Source: Hyphomicrobiaceae bacterium
GTDB lineage: Bacteria > Pseudomonadota > Alphaproteobacteria > Rhizobiales > Hyphomicrobiaceae
Direction of reading: 5' to 3'
Assembly: GCA_041397725.1 (NCBI GenBank)
Contig: JAWKVZ010000001.1
Location: forward strand, 602,021-666,020
Length of the DNA: 64,000 nt
Each line of letters opens with the position of its first letter. Positions within the stretch are counted from its first letter, which is position 1. A program made the position numbers and the translations under genes. The notes under the pieces were generated by a model. The model was not told the origin of the DNA and did no database searches. It was given only the letters and a program-made list of their open reading frames with translations. Shown one piece after another: positions 28,649-39,481 of the stretch.

Positions 28649-28933
28649 GATCTCGCTCTGGTGCTGTTTCTGACAGGGGTGCAACGGCGCGCGAGCCGGC
28701 TCACATCCACTCGAAGGTCACGGCGACCCCCTGCGCATGGGCGCGCAGGAGCCCTGATCCGTGGCGAGTGGCAGTGGGTCCGGCTCACACTCTCGGTGTC
28801 GGCGCGCGGCGTTCATCGAGATCGTGCGCACCCTATGCGACCGCACCGCCCTGTTCAACCCTCGTTCGAGACACCTGTGGCTCATTGAGCAAGCAAATTG
28901 ACGCCGGCCTCGCGGCTGCTTACGTTCCTCGGC

Positions 28934-30034
28934 ATGGCAAACCTGGATCCGACCTCGCGGCTTGCTCGCGGACCGGCACCGGACGGCCCCTCCGAGCTTG
29001 CCCGCCTCAACGAGCGATCGCGCGCCGTCTTCCGCCTGGTGGTGGAGACCTATCTGGCGACCGGCGAACCCGTCGGCTCGCGCAATTTGTCGCGCCATCT
29101 GCCCATGACGCTGTCGCCGGCCTCGGTGCGCAACGTCATGTCCGACCTCGAGCAGCTCGGGCTGATCTACGCCCCGCACACCTCGGCCGGCCGGCTGCCG
29201 ACCCAGACCGGGCTACGCCTGTTCGTCGACGGCCTCCTCGAGATCGGCGATCTCAACGAGGAGGAGCGCCGGCATATCGAGGCACAGGTCCGCGTCAAGA
29301 GCGGCAAGCGCATCGAGGATGTGCTGAGCGAGGCCATCGAGCTGGTGTCCGGCCTCTCGCACTGCGCCGGCCTCGTCGTCAGCGAGAAGCAGATCAGCCG
29401 CTTGAAGCACATCGAGTTCGTGCCGCTGGAGCCCGGCAAGGCCCTGGTCGTGCTCGTCGGCGAGGACGCGGGCGTCGAGAACCGCATCGTCGACGTGCCC
29501 AAAGGCTTGCCGCCGTCGGCCCTGGTCGAGGCGACCAACTACCTGAACTCCGTCATCCGCAGCCTGACGCTGGCCGAGGCCAAGACCCGTGTGGAGCACG
29601 AGCTGGCCCAGCAGAAGGCCGAGCTGGACGCGCTCACGGCCAAGGTCATTCGAGCCGGTCTCGCCACCTGGTCGGGCACCCTCGGCGACCGCAAGAGCCT
29701 GATCGTCAGGGGGCAGTCCAACCTGCTCAAGGATCTGACGGCCATCGAGGACCTCGAGCGCATCCGTCAGCTCTTCGACGATCTCGAAGCCAAGCGCGAT
29801 TTCATCCACCTGCTCGGCGCCGCCGAGACGGCCGACGGCGTGAATATCTTCATCGGCTCGGAGAACAAGCTCTTCTCTCTGTCGGGTTCCTCGCTCATCG
29901 TTTCGCCGTTCCGCGACGAGCAACGCAAGATCGTCGGCGTGCTCGGCGTCATCGGTCCGACGCGGCTCAACTATGCCCGCATCATCCCGATGGTCGATTA
30001 CACCGCCCGGCTGGTGGGACGATTGCTCGCTTGA
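28934..30034 (+). CDS. hrcA: Heat-inducible transcription repressor HrcA, 366 aa
   Basis: [32 protein letters not shown] and [26 protein letters not shown] are HrcA hallmarks. The start was chosen at MANLD. An in-frame TTG 36 nt upstream is the alternative. Confidence 0.85.
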   Translation: MANLDPTSRLARGPAPDGPSELARLNERSRAVFRLVVETYLATGEPVGSRNLSRHLPMTLSPASVRNVMSDLEQLGLIYAPHTSAGRLPTQTGLRLFVDGLLEIGDLNEEERRHIEAQVRVKSGKRIEDVLSEAIELVSGLSHCAGLVVSEKQISRLKHIEFVPLEPGKALVVLVGEDAGVENRIVDVPKGLPPSALVEATNYLNSVIRSLTLAEAKTRVEHELAQQKAELDALTAKVIRAGLATWSGTLGDRKSLIVRGQSNLLKDLTAIEDLERIRQLFDDLEAKRDFIHLLGAAETADGVNIFIGSENKLFSLSGSSLIVSPFRDEQRKIVGVLGVIGPTRLNYARIIPMVDYTARLVGRLLA

Positions 30035-30218
30035 TTTTTTCGACGGATGGCTCGATATCCGCTGCGAGCATCCCGGCCGGCCGAGGTGATCCGCGCCGGG
30101 TCCGGCGTGGACTGACGGCTCGGGTTTCCGGGAACGGCCCGCACCCTCTCCAGGTCAGACGTGGCGGCGCCTGTTCGCGTCGCCCGGTCCCAGCAAAAAG
30201 CAGATCGTGAGACAGCCC

Positions 30219-30959
30219 ATGACCAACGACACGAACGGTCCCGAGCAGACACGCCCCGATGCGGCCGCCGCCAAGCCGGCAGAGCCGCGCGTGTCGCCGA
30301 CCGAGCCACCGGCAGACGCCCAGCCAGCGGGCGAACCGGCGGCGCCTGCCGAGCCGACGCCGAGCGAGCTCGTGGCCAAGCTGCGCGCCGAGAACCAGGA
30401 TCTCACCGATCGCCTGAAGCGGGCGTTCGCCGACGCCGAGAATTTGCGCAAGCGCACCGAGCGCGAGAAGGTCGACGAGCGCAAATACGCGATCACCAAG
30501 TTCGCACGCGACATCGTCACCGTGAGCGACAACTTCCAGCGCGCCATCGAGATGGTGCCGAAGGACGCCCGCGAGCAGGATTCGAGTCTCAAGGGCTTCC
30601 TCGAAGGCGTCGTCATGATCGAGCGCGAATTCAACAGCGTGCTCGAGCGCAATGGCGTGAAGCGTCTGGAGCCGGCCGGCCAGCCGTTCGACCCCAACCT
30701 GCACCAGGCCATGAGTCAGATATCTACGGCGGACGTGCCGGCCGGCCATATCGCAGCCGTGCTGCAGCCCGGCTACGTCATCGAGGATCGCCTGCTGCGC
30801 CCGGCGCTGGTGGTCGTCGCCATGGCGCCGGCAACGCCGGCCGAACCCGTCAAGGCGGAGGCGCCCCAGCCCGGCACGGCGAGCGAGACGCCAGCCACTG
30901 GCGCTGGCGCAGCCCCTGGCGGCGGCCCCGACGAGGCGCCCGCCACATCCAAGGACTGA
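30219..30959 (+). CDS. grpE: Nucleotide exchange factor GrpE, 246 aa
   Basis: KRAFADAENLRKRTEREKVDERKYAITKFARDIV... plus an acidic/Pro-rich N-terminus. The start codon is uncertain (ATG 30219 or GTG 30207). Confidence 0.85.
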   Translation: MTNDTNGPEQTRPDAAAAKPAEPRVSPTEPPADAQPAGEPAAPAEPTPSELVAKLRAENQDLTDRLKRAFADAENLRKRTEREKVDERKYAITKFARDIVTVSDNFQRAIEMVPKDAREQDSSLKGFLEGVVMIEREFNSVLERNGVKRLEPAGQPFDPNLHQAMSQISTADVPAGHIAAVLQPGYVIEDRLLRPALVVVAMAPATPAEPVKAEAPQPGTASETPATGAGAAPGGGPDEAPATSKD

Positions 30960-31078
30960 CCGCGCCGGCGCGCGACGCCGTGCCACGCGTCACGACAGAA
31001 CGGCGCCAGCCCGAGGGGCCGGCGCCGTCGTCCTGGTGTCCGGGACCGGGGCTGCGCGCGCCCCGGCGCCATCACGTC

Positions 31079-32923
31079 TCAGTTGCTCGGGCCCGTCCCT
31101 TGGCGGGGGCCGCCCCTGACCGGTCCGACCGCAGGTGGGGCCGGCTGCTGCGGACGCAGCGCGTTGCCGAGAATGGCGGCAGCGCCGGCGAGCCCATCGC
31201 CGCCGCCAACCACGGTATGCGGCACCAGCCGCGAGATGAGTTGTACGAGCTGCGGCTTGCGCTCCAGCGACGCCAGCACCTTCTCGAGCGCCTGCAGCAC
31301 AGCGACACGATCCTGGCCGAGGACGAGCGCCTGGGCCTTCTGACCGCGGGCCAGCTCCTCGAGGAACTGGCGTTCGGCGCGGCCCAGCGCGGCCCGCTCC
31401 TTCTCGCGCTGGTCGGCGACCTGCACCGCGATCTGCGCGGCCACGAGGCGCGGCTGCTCGTCGGCGATGGCGCGCGCCTTCTCGCGCTCGGTGCGCTTCG
31501 TCTGCGCATCCGTCTCACGGGCGTAGGCCTGGGCGAGTTGGTCGGCCAACTGCACGCGTTTGCGGGCGAACAGCAGCTCGGGCGGCAAACCGGGCTCGCC
31601 GATGCGAACCTCCATGACCTCGATGCCCGCCTTCTGCCCCTCGAGGCGCATCTTGCCCTCGATGGTGCGCTCGATGGACTCGCGATTGTCGATGAGGTCC
31701 AGCACGCGCGTCGGCCGCAGGACATAGCTGATCGGCGTCACGACGGTGCCGTCGGCCTTGCGCACGGGCACCTGGATCTCGCTGCCCGCCACGTTGCGAA
31801 CGATCGAGCGCAGCACCGGCGTCAGCATGCGGGCCTCAACTTCCCGAAGCCCACCGACGCTGCCGACGACGATCGGGGCGTTCTCCGGTTTGATCTGCAC
31901 CAGCACGCGCAGCTCGACGGGAATATCCCAGCCTTCGATCTTGACGAAGACCACGCCGTCGGCCGCATCCCGGGGGATCGGCTGCTGCTCGGCGCGCTCC
32001 CGCTGCTTGATGTTGCCCTGCTCGTCGATGGTGAGCTCGAGCGAGCGCCGCGTGTAGCCGCCCTTGTACTCCCAGGTCTTGATGCGGGTGTCGACCAGCG
32101 TCACGTCGTAAGCCTGACGGTTGAGGTAGTAGGCGCCGGGCAGCAACGGCTCTTTCCACAGGCCGATGCAGCCCTTGGGGACCAGCGCCACGGTCAGGGC
32201 GCCCTCCACGCGGCCATCGGCCCCACCGACCGCCACCTTCTCCTGCACACAGCGCGTGCCGGGCCTCGTCACGTTGCTCTTCACCACGCCGACATGGCCC
32301 GCCGGGATCACGGTCGCCCTCGTCTGCTGGTCGATACGAACCTTGAAGAGATAATGGTTGAGACGATAGCGGCCGGGCTTGAGGACCGTCTCCTGCGGTC
32401 CGCGATAGCCGCCCTTGGTCAAGAATATCTCGGCGTCGAGCATGGCCTTGACTTCACCGTCGGGGATCTGCGGCGCGATGAACATGCCGTCCGGCATGGC
32501 CTGGCCGTCGAGCGCCGTCAGCTCGCCATAGTAGCCGTCCGGCACGTTGATGATCGCGAACTCCTCGACCTTGTAGAGGACGTGCACGAACGGGATGAAA
32601 TGAAAGCCGGGGCCGAGGACGCGCGCCTGCGGGCCCTTCTGCCCGGGCAGCGCGATGATCCGGCCGGCCGGCAGCTCGAAGAAGCCGAAGATGCGCTTCA
32701 TATGACCGACGCGATTGGCATCGATATGCACGAACGACGTCGAGCCCAGGAACACCAGGCCGGCAAGCATCAACACCACGCCGGTCAGCTTGGAGTTGAA
32801 AAGTGTGCCGGCGGTGGGTGGCGTGCCACCCTTACCGGGAATGGCCGGCAGCATAGAGCTTCCCCGCAGGAAGATGACGAGCCCCCCGACGAGCGCAATC
32901 ATGCCCAAAAGTATCTGCAACAT
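31079..32923 (-). CDS. Large membrane-anchored protein, putative flotillin/SPFH (band-7)-like with long C-terminal coiled-coil (YqiK-like), 614 aa
   Basis: Two N-terminal TM helices, then a roughly 330-aa beta-rich domain, then an E/R/A/Q-rich coiled-coil (ERTIEGKMRLEGQKAGIE...REKERAALGRAERQFLEELARGQKAQ) and a Gly/Pro tail. The family call is by architecture only. RBS is weak. Confidence 0.55.
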   Translation of the reverse strand: MLQILLGMIALVGGLVIFLRGSSMLPAIPGKGGTPPTAGTLFNSKLTGVVLMLAGLVFLGSTSFVHIDANRVGHMKRIFGFFELPAGRIIALPGQKGPQARVLGPGFHFIPFVHVLYKVEEFAIINVPDGYYGELTALDGQAMPDGMFIAPQIPDGEVKAMLDAEIFLTKGGYRGPQETVLKPGRYRLNHYLFKVRIDQQTRATVIPAGHVGVVKSNVTRPGTRCVQEKVAVGGADGRVEGALTVALVPKGCIGLWKEPLLPGAYYLNRQAYDVTLVDTRIKTWEYKGGYTRRSLELTIDEQGNIKQRERAEQQPIPRDAADGVVFVKIEGWDIPVELRVLVQIKPENAPIVVGSVGGLREVEARMLTPVLRSIVRNVAGSEIQVPVRKADGTVVTPISYVLRPTRVLDLIDNRESIERTIEGKMRLEGQKAGIEVMEVRIGEPGLPPELLFARKRVQLADQLAQAYARETDAQTKRTEREKARAIADEQPRLVAAQIAVQVADQREKERAALGRAERQFLEELARGQKAQALVLGQDRVAVLQALEKVLASLERKPQLVQLISRLVPHTVVGGGDGLAGAAAILGNALRPQQPAPPAVGPVRGGPRQGTGPSN

Positions 32924-33186
32924 CTTTTTGACCCCGAAATGTATCCGCGTTCACACGAAGTATTACTGCGAATACATTCATAAAGACTTTCTACAGCATG
33001 AATTATCAGTAAACGATGCTCCCCCGCGCCGCCACGCCGCCTTCGCCCCAACCGCGCGCACCGCAATTCAGAGTGAGCTGCGCCATCGCGAGCGCCCGCC
33101 TCCACGAATCGCGAGCGCCCGGACTGCGCGCACCAATGCGGCCCTCAACTGCTATGTCGCACCGGCCGGGCCTAAAAACGGACTGA

Positions 33187-35292
<2,106 letters not shown>

Positions 35293-35347
35293 CGCACAGC
35301 AGAGGGCGAAGCCGGCGTGACACGAACGTCAGGCAGCGAGTGAACGG

Positions 35348-35385
35348 GGCCGGGCTCACACAAGAGCCCGGCCTCTGCTCGTTTT
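35348..35385 (+). terminator. Stem-loop with U-tract between dnaK and dnaJ (partial terminator/attenuator)
   Basis: GGCCGGGCTC-acacaa-GAGCCCGGCC followed by TCTGCTCGTTTT. This is the classical position for differential dnaK/dnaJ expression. Confidence 0.7.
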
Positions 35386-35530
35386 CCGTCGCCCGGCGCC
35401 GCGGTGTCAGCCGGCCGCCGACCGGAGCCGCAAGAAGCTCCCGCCGGCACGACGACAGGGGAACGACCGGGCCCACATCGCCATCGCGCGCATGCGGCAC
35501 CGGTCACAGGGGTTGATAGGTCCTGGTGCA

Positions 35531-36670
35531 ATGTCCAAACGCGACTACTACGAGGTCCTGGGGGTGGCGCGTGGCGCCGGCGAGGGAGACATAAAGTCCG
35601 CCTTCCGCAAGCTCGCCAAGGAGTATCATCCCGACCGCAATCCGGACGACGCCACGGCCGAGCAGCGCTTCAAGGAAATCAACGAGGCCTACGAGGTCCT
35701 CAAGGACCCGCAGAAGCGCGCGGCCTACGATCAGTTCGGTCACGCGGCCTTCGAGGGACAAGGCGGCGGCCCCGGCGCGCACGGCTTCGGCGCCGACTTC
35801 GCCTCCTCGATGTCGGATATCTTCGACGATCTGTTCGGCGAGTTCATGGGCGGCCGGCGCGGTCGTCCGCGCGGCGGCCGCGAGCGCGGCGCGGACCTGC
35901 GCTATAATATGGAGATCACGCTCGACGAGGCCTTCGCCGGCAAGACCGCCCAGATTCGCGTGCCGACCAGCCTCGCCTGCGACACCTGCACCGGCACGGG
36001 CGCCAAGCCCGGCACAAAGCCGGTCGCCTGCCCGACCTGCGGCGGCCTCGGCAAGGTGCGAGCCAGCCAGGGCTTCTTCACCATCGAGCGGACCTGCCCA
36101 ACCTGCCAGGGGCGTGGCGACATCCTCGAGAGCCCCTGCGAAGGCTGCAGCGGCACCGGGCGCGTCACCAAGGAGCGCACACTTTCCGTTTCGATCCCGG
36201 CCGGCGTCGAGGACGGCACGCGCATCCGGCTGGCCGGCGAGGGTGAGGCCGGCATCCGCGGCGGGCCGGCCGGCGATCTCTACATCTTCCTCTCCATCCA
36301 GCCGCACGAGTTCTTCCAGCGGGACGGCGCCGACATCTTCTGCAAGGTGCCGATCTCCATGGTGACCGCCGCGCTCGGGGGGCAGATCGAGGTGCCGACG
36401 GTCGACGGCGGGCGCACGCGCGTCAAAGTTCCGGAAGGCACCGAGACGGGCAAGCAGTTCCGCCTGCGCAACAAGGGCATGCCGGTGCTGCGCTCCAAGG
36501 CGACGGGCGATATGTACATCCAGGTCGAGGTGGAGACGCCGAAGAACCTGACGCGCCGTCAGCGGGAGCTGCTGGAGCAGTTCGAGAAGGCGTCCAACAC
36601 CGAGACGAGCCCCGCGTCTTCCGGCTTCTTCAGCAAGGTCAAGGAGTTCTTCGAGGGCAAGGGCAGCTGA
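35531..36670 (+). CDS. dnaJ: Molecular chaperone DnaJ (J-domain, G/F region, four CxxCxGxG zinc-finger repeats), 379 aa
   Basis: [12 protein letters not shown]...HPDRN J-domain. [24 protein letters not shown] and CEGCSGTG repeats. Confidence 0.95.
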   Translation: MSKRDYYEVLGVARGAGEGDIKSAFRKLAKEYHPDRNPDDATAEQRFKEINEAYEVLKDPQKRAAYDQFGHAAFEGQGGGPGAHGFGADFASSMSDIFDDLFGEFMGGRRGRPRGGRERGADLRYNMEITLDEAFAGKTAQIRVPTSLACDTCTGTGAKPGTKPVACPTCGGLGKVRASQGFFTIERTCPTCQGRGDILESPCEGCSGTGRVTKERTLSVSIPAGVEDGTRIRLAGEGEAGIRGGPAGDLYIFLSIQPHEFFQRDGADIFCKVPISMVTAALGGQIEVPTVDGGRTRVKVPEGTETGKQFRLRNKGMPVLRSKATGDMYIQVEVETPKNLTRRQRELLEQFEKASNTETSPASSGFFSKVKEFFEGKGS

Positions 36671-36709
36671 GCCATCGCCGCCAGCGCCCGCCAGCAAGTG
36701 AGAGCACGC

Positions 36710-37417
36710 ATGAGCAAGCCTACTCCCAGGGACCGCCTGATCGTCGCCCTCGACGTGCCGAGCGTCGATCTCGCCCGCGGCCTCGTCTCGACGCTCGGCG
36801 ACCACGTCACCTTCTACAAGATCGGGCTCGAGCTCGTGATGAATGGCGGCCTGCCCTTCGTCGGCGAGCTGGCGGACCGCGGCAAGCGCATCTTCCTCGA
36901 CCTGAAGCTGCTCGACATTCCCAATACGATCACGCGCGCCGTCGCCAATGCGGCCGAGCTCGGCGCCACCTTCCTCACCGTGCACGGCACCGACCTCAAG
37001 ACGCTCGAGGCCGCCGTCGCCGGTCGCCACGGCAGTGCGCTGAAGCTGCTGGCGGTGACCGTCCTCACCAGCCTCACCGACCGCGATCTGGCGCAGCAGG
37101 GCATCGCCATGCCCGTCACCGGCCTGGTGGCACGGCGCGCCGAGCTCGCGCGGCAGTCCGGCTTCGACGGCGTCATCGCCTCGGGTCAGGAAGCGGCTGC
37201 CATCCGCGCCCAGAGCGGCGGGGGCTTCCTCATCGTCACACCGGGCATCCGTCTCGGCGGCTCGGCCACGGCCGACCAGGAGCGCGTCATGACGCCCTCG
37301 CACGCCATCGCCGCCGGCGCCGACTACCTCGTTGTCGGCCGTCCCATCACCGAGGCGGACGATCCTGCCGCCGCCGCCGAGCACATTGTCGAGGAGATCG
37401 CGGGCGCGCTCGCCTGA
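36710..37417 (+). CDS. pyrF: Orotidine 5'-phosphate decarboxylase
   Basis: RLIVALDVP...FLDLKLLDIPNT... is the OMP decarboxylase signature. 235 aa. Confidence 0.85.
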   Translation: MSKPTPRDRLIVALDVPSVDLARGLVSTLGDHVTFYKIGLELVMNGGLPFVGELADRGKRIFLDLKLLDIPNTITRAVANAAELGATFLTVHGTDLKTLEAAVAGRHGSALKLLAVTVLTSLTDRDLAQQGIAMPVTGLVARRAELARQSGFDGVIASGQEAAAIRAQSGGGFLIVTPGIRLGGSATADQERVMTPSHAIAAGADYLVVGRPITEADDPAAAAEHIVEEIAGALA

Positions 37418-37456
37418 CGAGCGGCCGACCCGACGCAACCGAACCGGGAGAGGGAC

Positions 37457-37759
37457 ATGCCCAAGGGATACTGGATCGCCCACGTCACGGTCACCGACCC
37501 CGAGCGCTACAAGGACTACGTCGCCGCCAACGGTGTGGCCTTCGCCAAGTACGGCGCGCGCTTCATCGTGCGTGGCGGCGCCAGCGAGACCCGCGTCGGC
37601 GGAACCGGCGGCACGCCGCGCCATGTCGTCATCGAGTTCGACAGCTATGCGGTCGCGAAAGCCTGCTACGACTCGCCCGAATACCAGGCCGCGGCCCGCA
37701 TTCGCGACGAGGCCTCGACGGCCCACATCGTCATCGTGGAAGGCTACGACCCGTCCTGA
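37457..37759 (+). CDS. DUF1330 domain-containing protein, 100 aa
   Basis: MPKGYWIAHVTVTDPERYKDYVAANGVAFAKYGARFIVRGG... is the typical DUF1330 small protein. Confidence 0.7.
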   Translation: MPKGYWIAHVTVTDPERYKDYVAANGVAFAKYGARFIVRGGASETRVGGTGGTPRHVVIEFDSYAVAKACYDSPEYQAAARIRDEASTAHIVIVEGYDPS

Positions 37760-38085
37760 GCCAGTCGCGCCGCGAGACGCGCCGCCAGCGCCGTTCCATC
37801 GCCCGAGACCCGCAGGGACTTCAGGCGCGATTTGCCGCCCGCATCGAGCGCGACGGTCGACTTCGGCACGTCGAGCCACTTGGCAAAAACTGCGATCAGC
37901 GCCGCGTTGGCCGCCCCCTTCTCAGGCACCGCCCGCACGCGCGCCTTGAGATGCGCGCCGTCAGCCCCCTCCGCCACGCCATCGATGGAATCACGGCCGG
38001 ACTTCGGCGTCAGCCGCACCGCCACGGCGAGCCCATCGGCTGCGACGCGCCAGGGTTTGGACGGGTCCGCGCCGCCGCCGCTCAC
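37744..38085 (-). CDS. DUF167 (YggU) family protein, about 113 aa
   Basis: The C-terminal 113 aa of ORF 37744..38244 (ADGLAVAVRLTPKSGRDSIDGV...ARVRAVPEKGAANAALIAVFAKWL). A GTG start overlaps the yggT stop as GTGA. Confidence 0.6.
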   Translation of the reverse strand: MSGGGADPSKPWRVAADGLAVAVRLTPKSGRDSIDGVAEGADGAHLKARVRAVPEKGAANAALIAVFAKWLDVPKSTVALDAGGKSRLKSLRVSGDGTALAARLAARLAQDGS

Positions 38086-38378
38086 TGGAAGAGCGGATAG
38101 AGCCAGCCGCGCAGCACGACGATGCGGATGAACATCAGGATGAGGATCAGCACGACCGGCGAAATATCGATGCCGCGCATGTCCGGCAGGAGCCGCCGGA
38201 TGGGCCTCAGCAGCGGTTCCGTGACCGCGTTGAAGGCCGTCCACAGCGTGCGTACGAACTGGTTGTAGGGGTTGATCACGTTGAAGGCGATCAGCCAGCT
38301 CATGACGGCGCTGGCGATGATGATCCAGATCAGCAGGTCGATCAGGATGAAATCGATGAATTGCAGGACTGGAAGCAT
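38082..38378 (-). CDS. YggT-family small integral membrane protein, 98 aa
   Basis: MLPVLQFIDFILIDLLIWIIIASAVMSWL... is the YggT/Ycf19 pattern. It forms the usual yggT-DUF167 pair. Confidence 0.75.
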   Translation of the reverse strand: MLPVLQFIDFILIDLLIWIIIASAVMSWLIAFNVINPYNQFVRTLWTAFNAVTEPLLRPIRRLLPDMRGIDISPVVLILILMFIRIVVLRGWLYPLFQ

Positions 38379-38482
38379 CGTGCGAACCGCCTTCGCTGAC
38401 CTATTCCCGCAGCCTGTCTACCGACTCGGCGGCGTCGCGGCAAGGCGCGTGCTGCGGCGGATGCCTGCAACCGCCGGCTTGC

Positions 38483-38511
38483 TTGACAAGGTGGCGGCCG
38501 GTCCCCTAAAT
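38483..38511 (+). promoter_or_regulatory. Candidate sigma70-type promoter of tRNA-Ala
   Basis: TTGACA, then 17 nt, then CTAAAT. The -10 ends 14 nt before the mature tRNA 5' end. Confidence 0.6.
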
Positions 38512-38525
38512 GGCCGCTCGATTCC

Positions 38526-38601
38526 GGGGCCGTAGCTCAGATGGGAGAGCGCTGCAATCGCACTGCAGAGGTCAGGGGTTCGATTCCCCTCGGCTCCACC
38601 A
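38526..38601 (+). tRNA. tRNA-Ala (anticodon CGC), CCA encoded
   Basis: GGGGCCGTAGCTCAGATGGGAGAGCGCTGCAATCGCACTGCAGAGGTCAGGGGTTCGATTCCCCTCGGCTCCACCA folds as a cloverleaf. The G3:U70 alanine identity pair is present. The anticodon loop is aTCGCAc. Confidence 0.9.
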
Positions 38602-38736
38602 ATGAAATCAGCGAATTCCGCAAGACATCCGAAGTCGCGAAGCCTCTGGTCGCGCACCGGGACCAGTGCCCGCCCCCTTGCGCGACGCCCACGGATCAGA
38701 TTGGATTCCCGGGTGGACGACACCGAGGAAATCAGC

Positions 38737-39003
38737 ATGAGCCGGGACGTCGATGCCGTGATCGCGGCACTCAAGGTGGTCTTGAAGGAAGCGGAGGAGC
38801 GCCAGAGCGAAGGCGGATGGTGGCCGGTGACGACGGTCAACCGCTGGATCGGGCGGCTGCCCGGCGCCGACGATGGACTCTGGGACAAGCTGATTCTGGA
38901 AGGCGACGAGGACGGCACGGCCGAAGCCCGCGACATCCTCATGCACGCCCGCGCCACGATCGCCTATCTCGAGGCCAACCGCGACGGCATCACCGGCGCA
39001 TAG
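38737..39003 (+). CDS. Small hypothetical protein, 88 aa, acidic
   Basis: GAGGAA sits 7 nt upstream of the ATG. Sequence is MSRDVDAVIAALKVVLKEAEERQSEGGWWPVTTVNRWIGRLPG.... I do not recognise the family. Confidence 0.5.
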   Translation: MSRDVDAVIAALKVVLKEAEERQSEGGWWPVTTVNRWIGRLPGADDGLWDKLILEGDEDGTAEARDILMHARATIAYLEANRDGITGA

Positions 39004-39030
39004 GACGCCCCTCGTTCTGCTTCATCTCCC

Positions 39031-39438
39031 TCACGCCAGCGGATCGGCCGCATACGTCGACACCTCCACGAGGTTGCCGTCGGGATCGTTGCAGTAGATC
39101 GAGGTCATCATGCCGAGCGCGCCGGTGCGCGGCCCCGGCCCTGCAGTGACGGCGATGCCGGCCGCCGCCCAGCGCTCCATCACGGGCTTGAGGCTGCCCT
39201 CGGTGACGAAACAGAGATCGAGCGAGCCGGGCGCATCGACCTTGCAGGTCACCCAGCCGGCGTCGCCGGTCTGGCGCAGGTTGAATTTGTGCGGCCCGAA
39301 CTTGAGCGAGATGCGCTCGCCCGGCGCCGACGGGCTCGTATAGATCTCCCGCGTGAAACCGAGCGCACGCTCGTACCATGAGGCCGTCGCCTGCACGTCG
39401 CGGCAATTCATGACGATGTGGTCGATGCGCACGATCAT
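39031..39438 (-). CDS. VOC-family (glyoxalase I-like) protein, 135 aa
   Basis: MIVRIDHIVMNCRDVQATASWYERALGF...DPDGNLVEV is a typical VOC. Confidence 0.8.
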   Translation of the reverse strand: MIVRIDHIVMNCRDVQATASWYERALGFTREIYTSPSAPGERISLKFGPHKFNLRQTGDAGWVTCKVDAPGSLDLCFVTEGSLKPVMERWAAAGIAVTAGPGPRTGALGMMTSIYCNDPDGNLVEVSTYAADPLA

Positions 39439-39481
39439 GGCTGCTTGCTCCTCGGTCGGTGGGGCGTCCGGTGTGCCGGTG

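Noticed and set aside
28648-28934. Searched for a CIRCE element (TTAGCACTC-N9-GAGTGCTAA) upstream of hrcA
   Set aside because: No match found. Only the imperfect direct repeat reported in the findings is present.
35504-37879. 791-aa minus-strand ORF antisense to dnaJ and pyrF
   Set aside because: Antisense to two strongly supported genes, with low-complexity Ala/Gly/Arg translation. A GC artefact.
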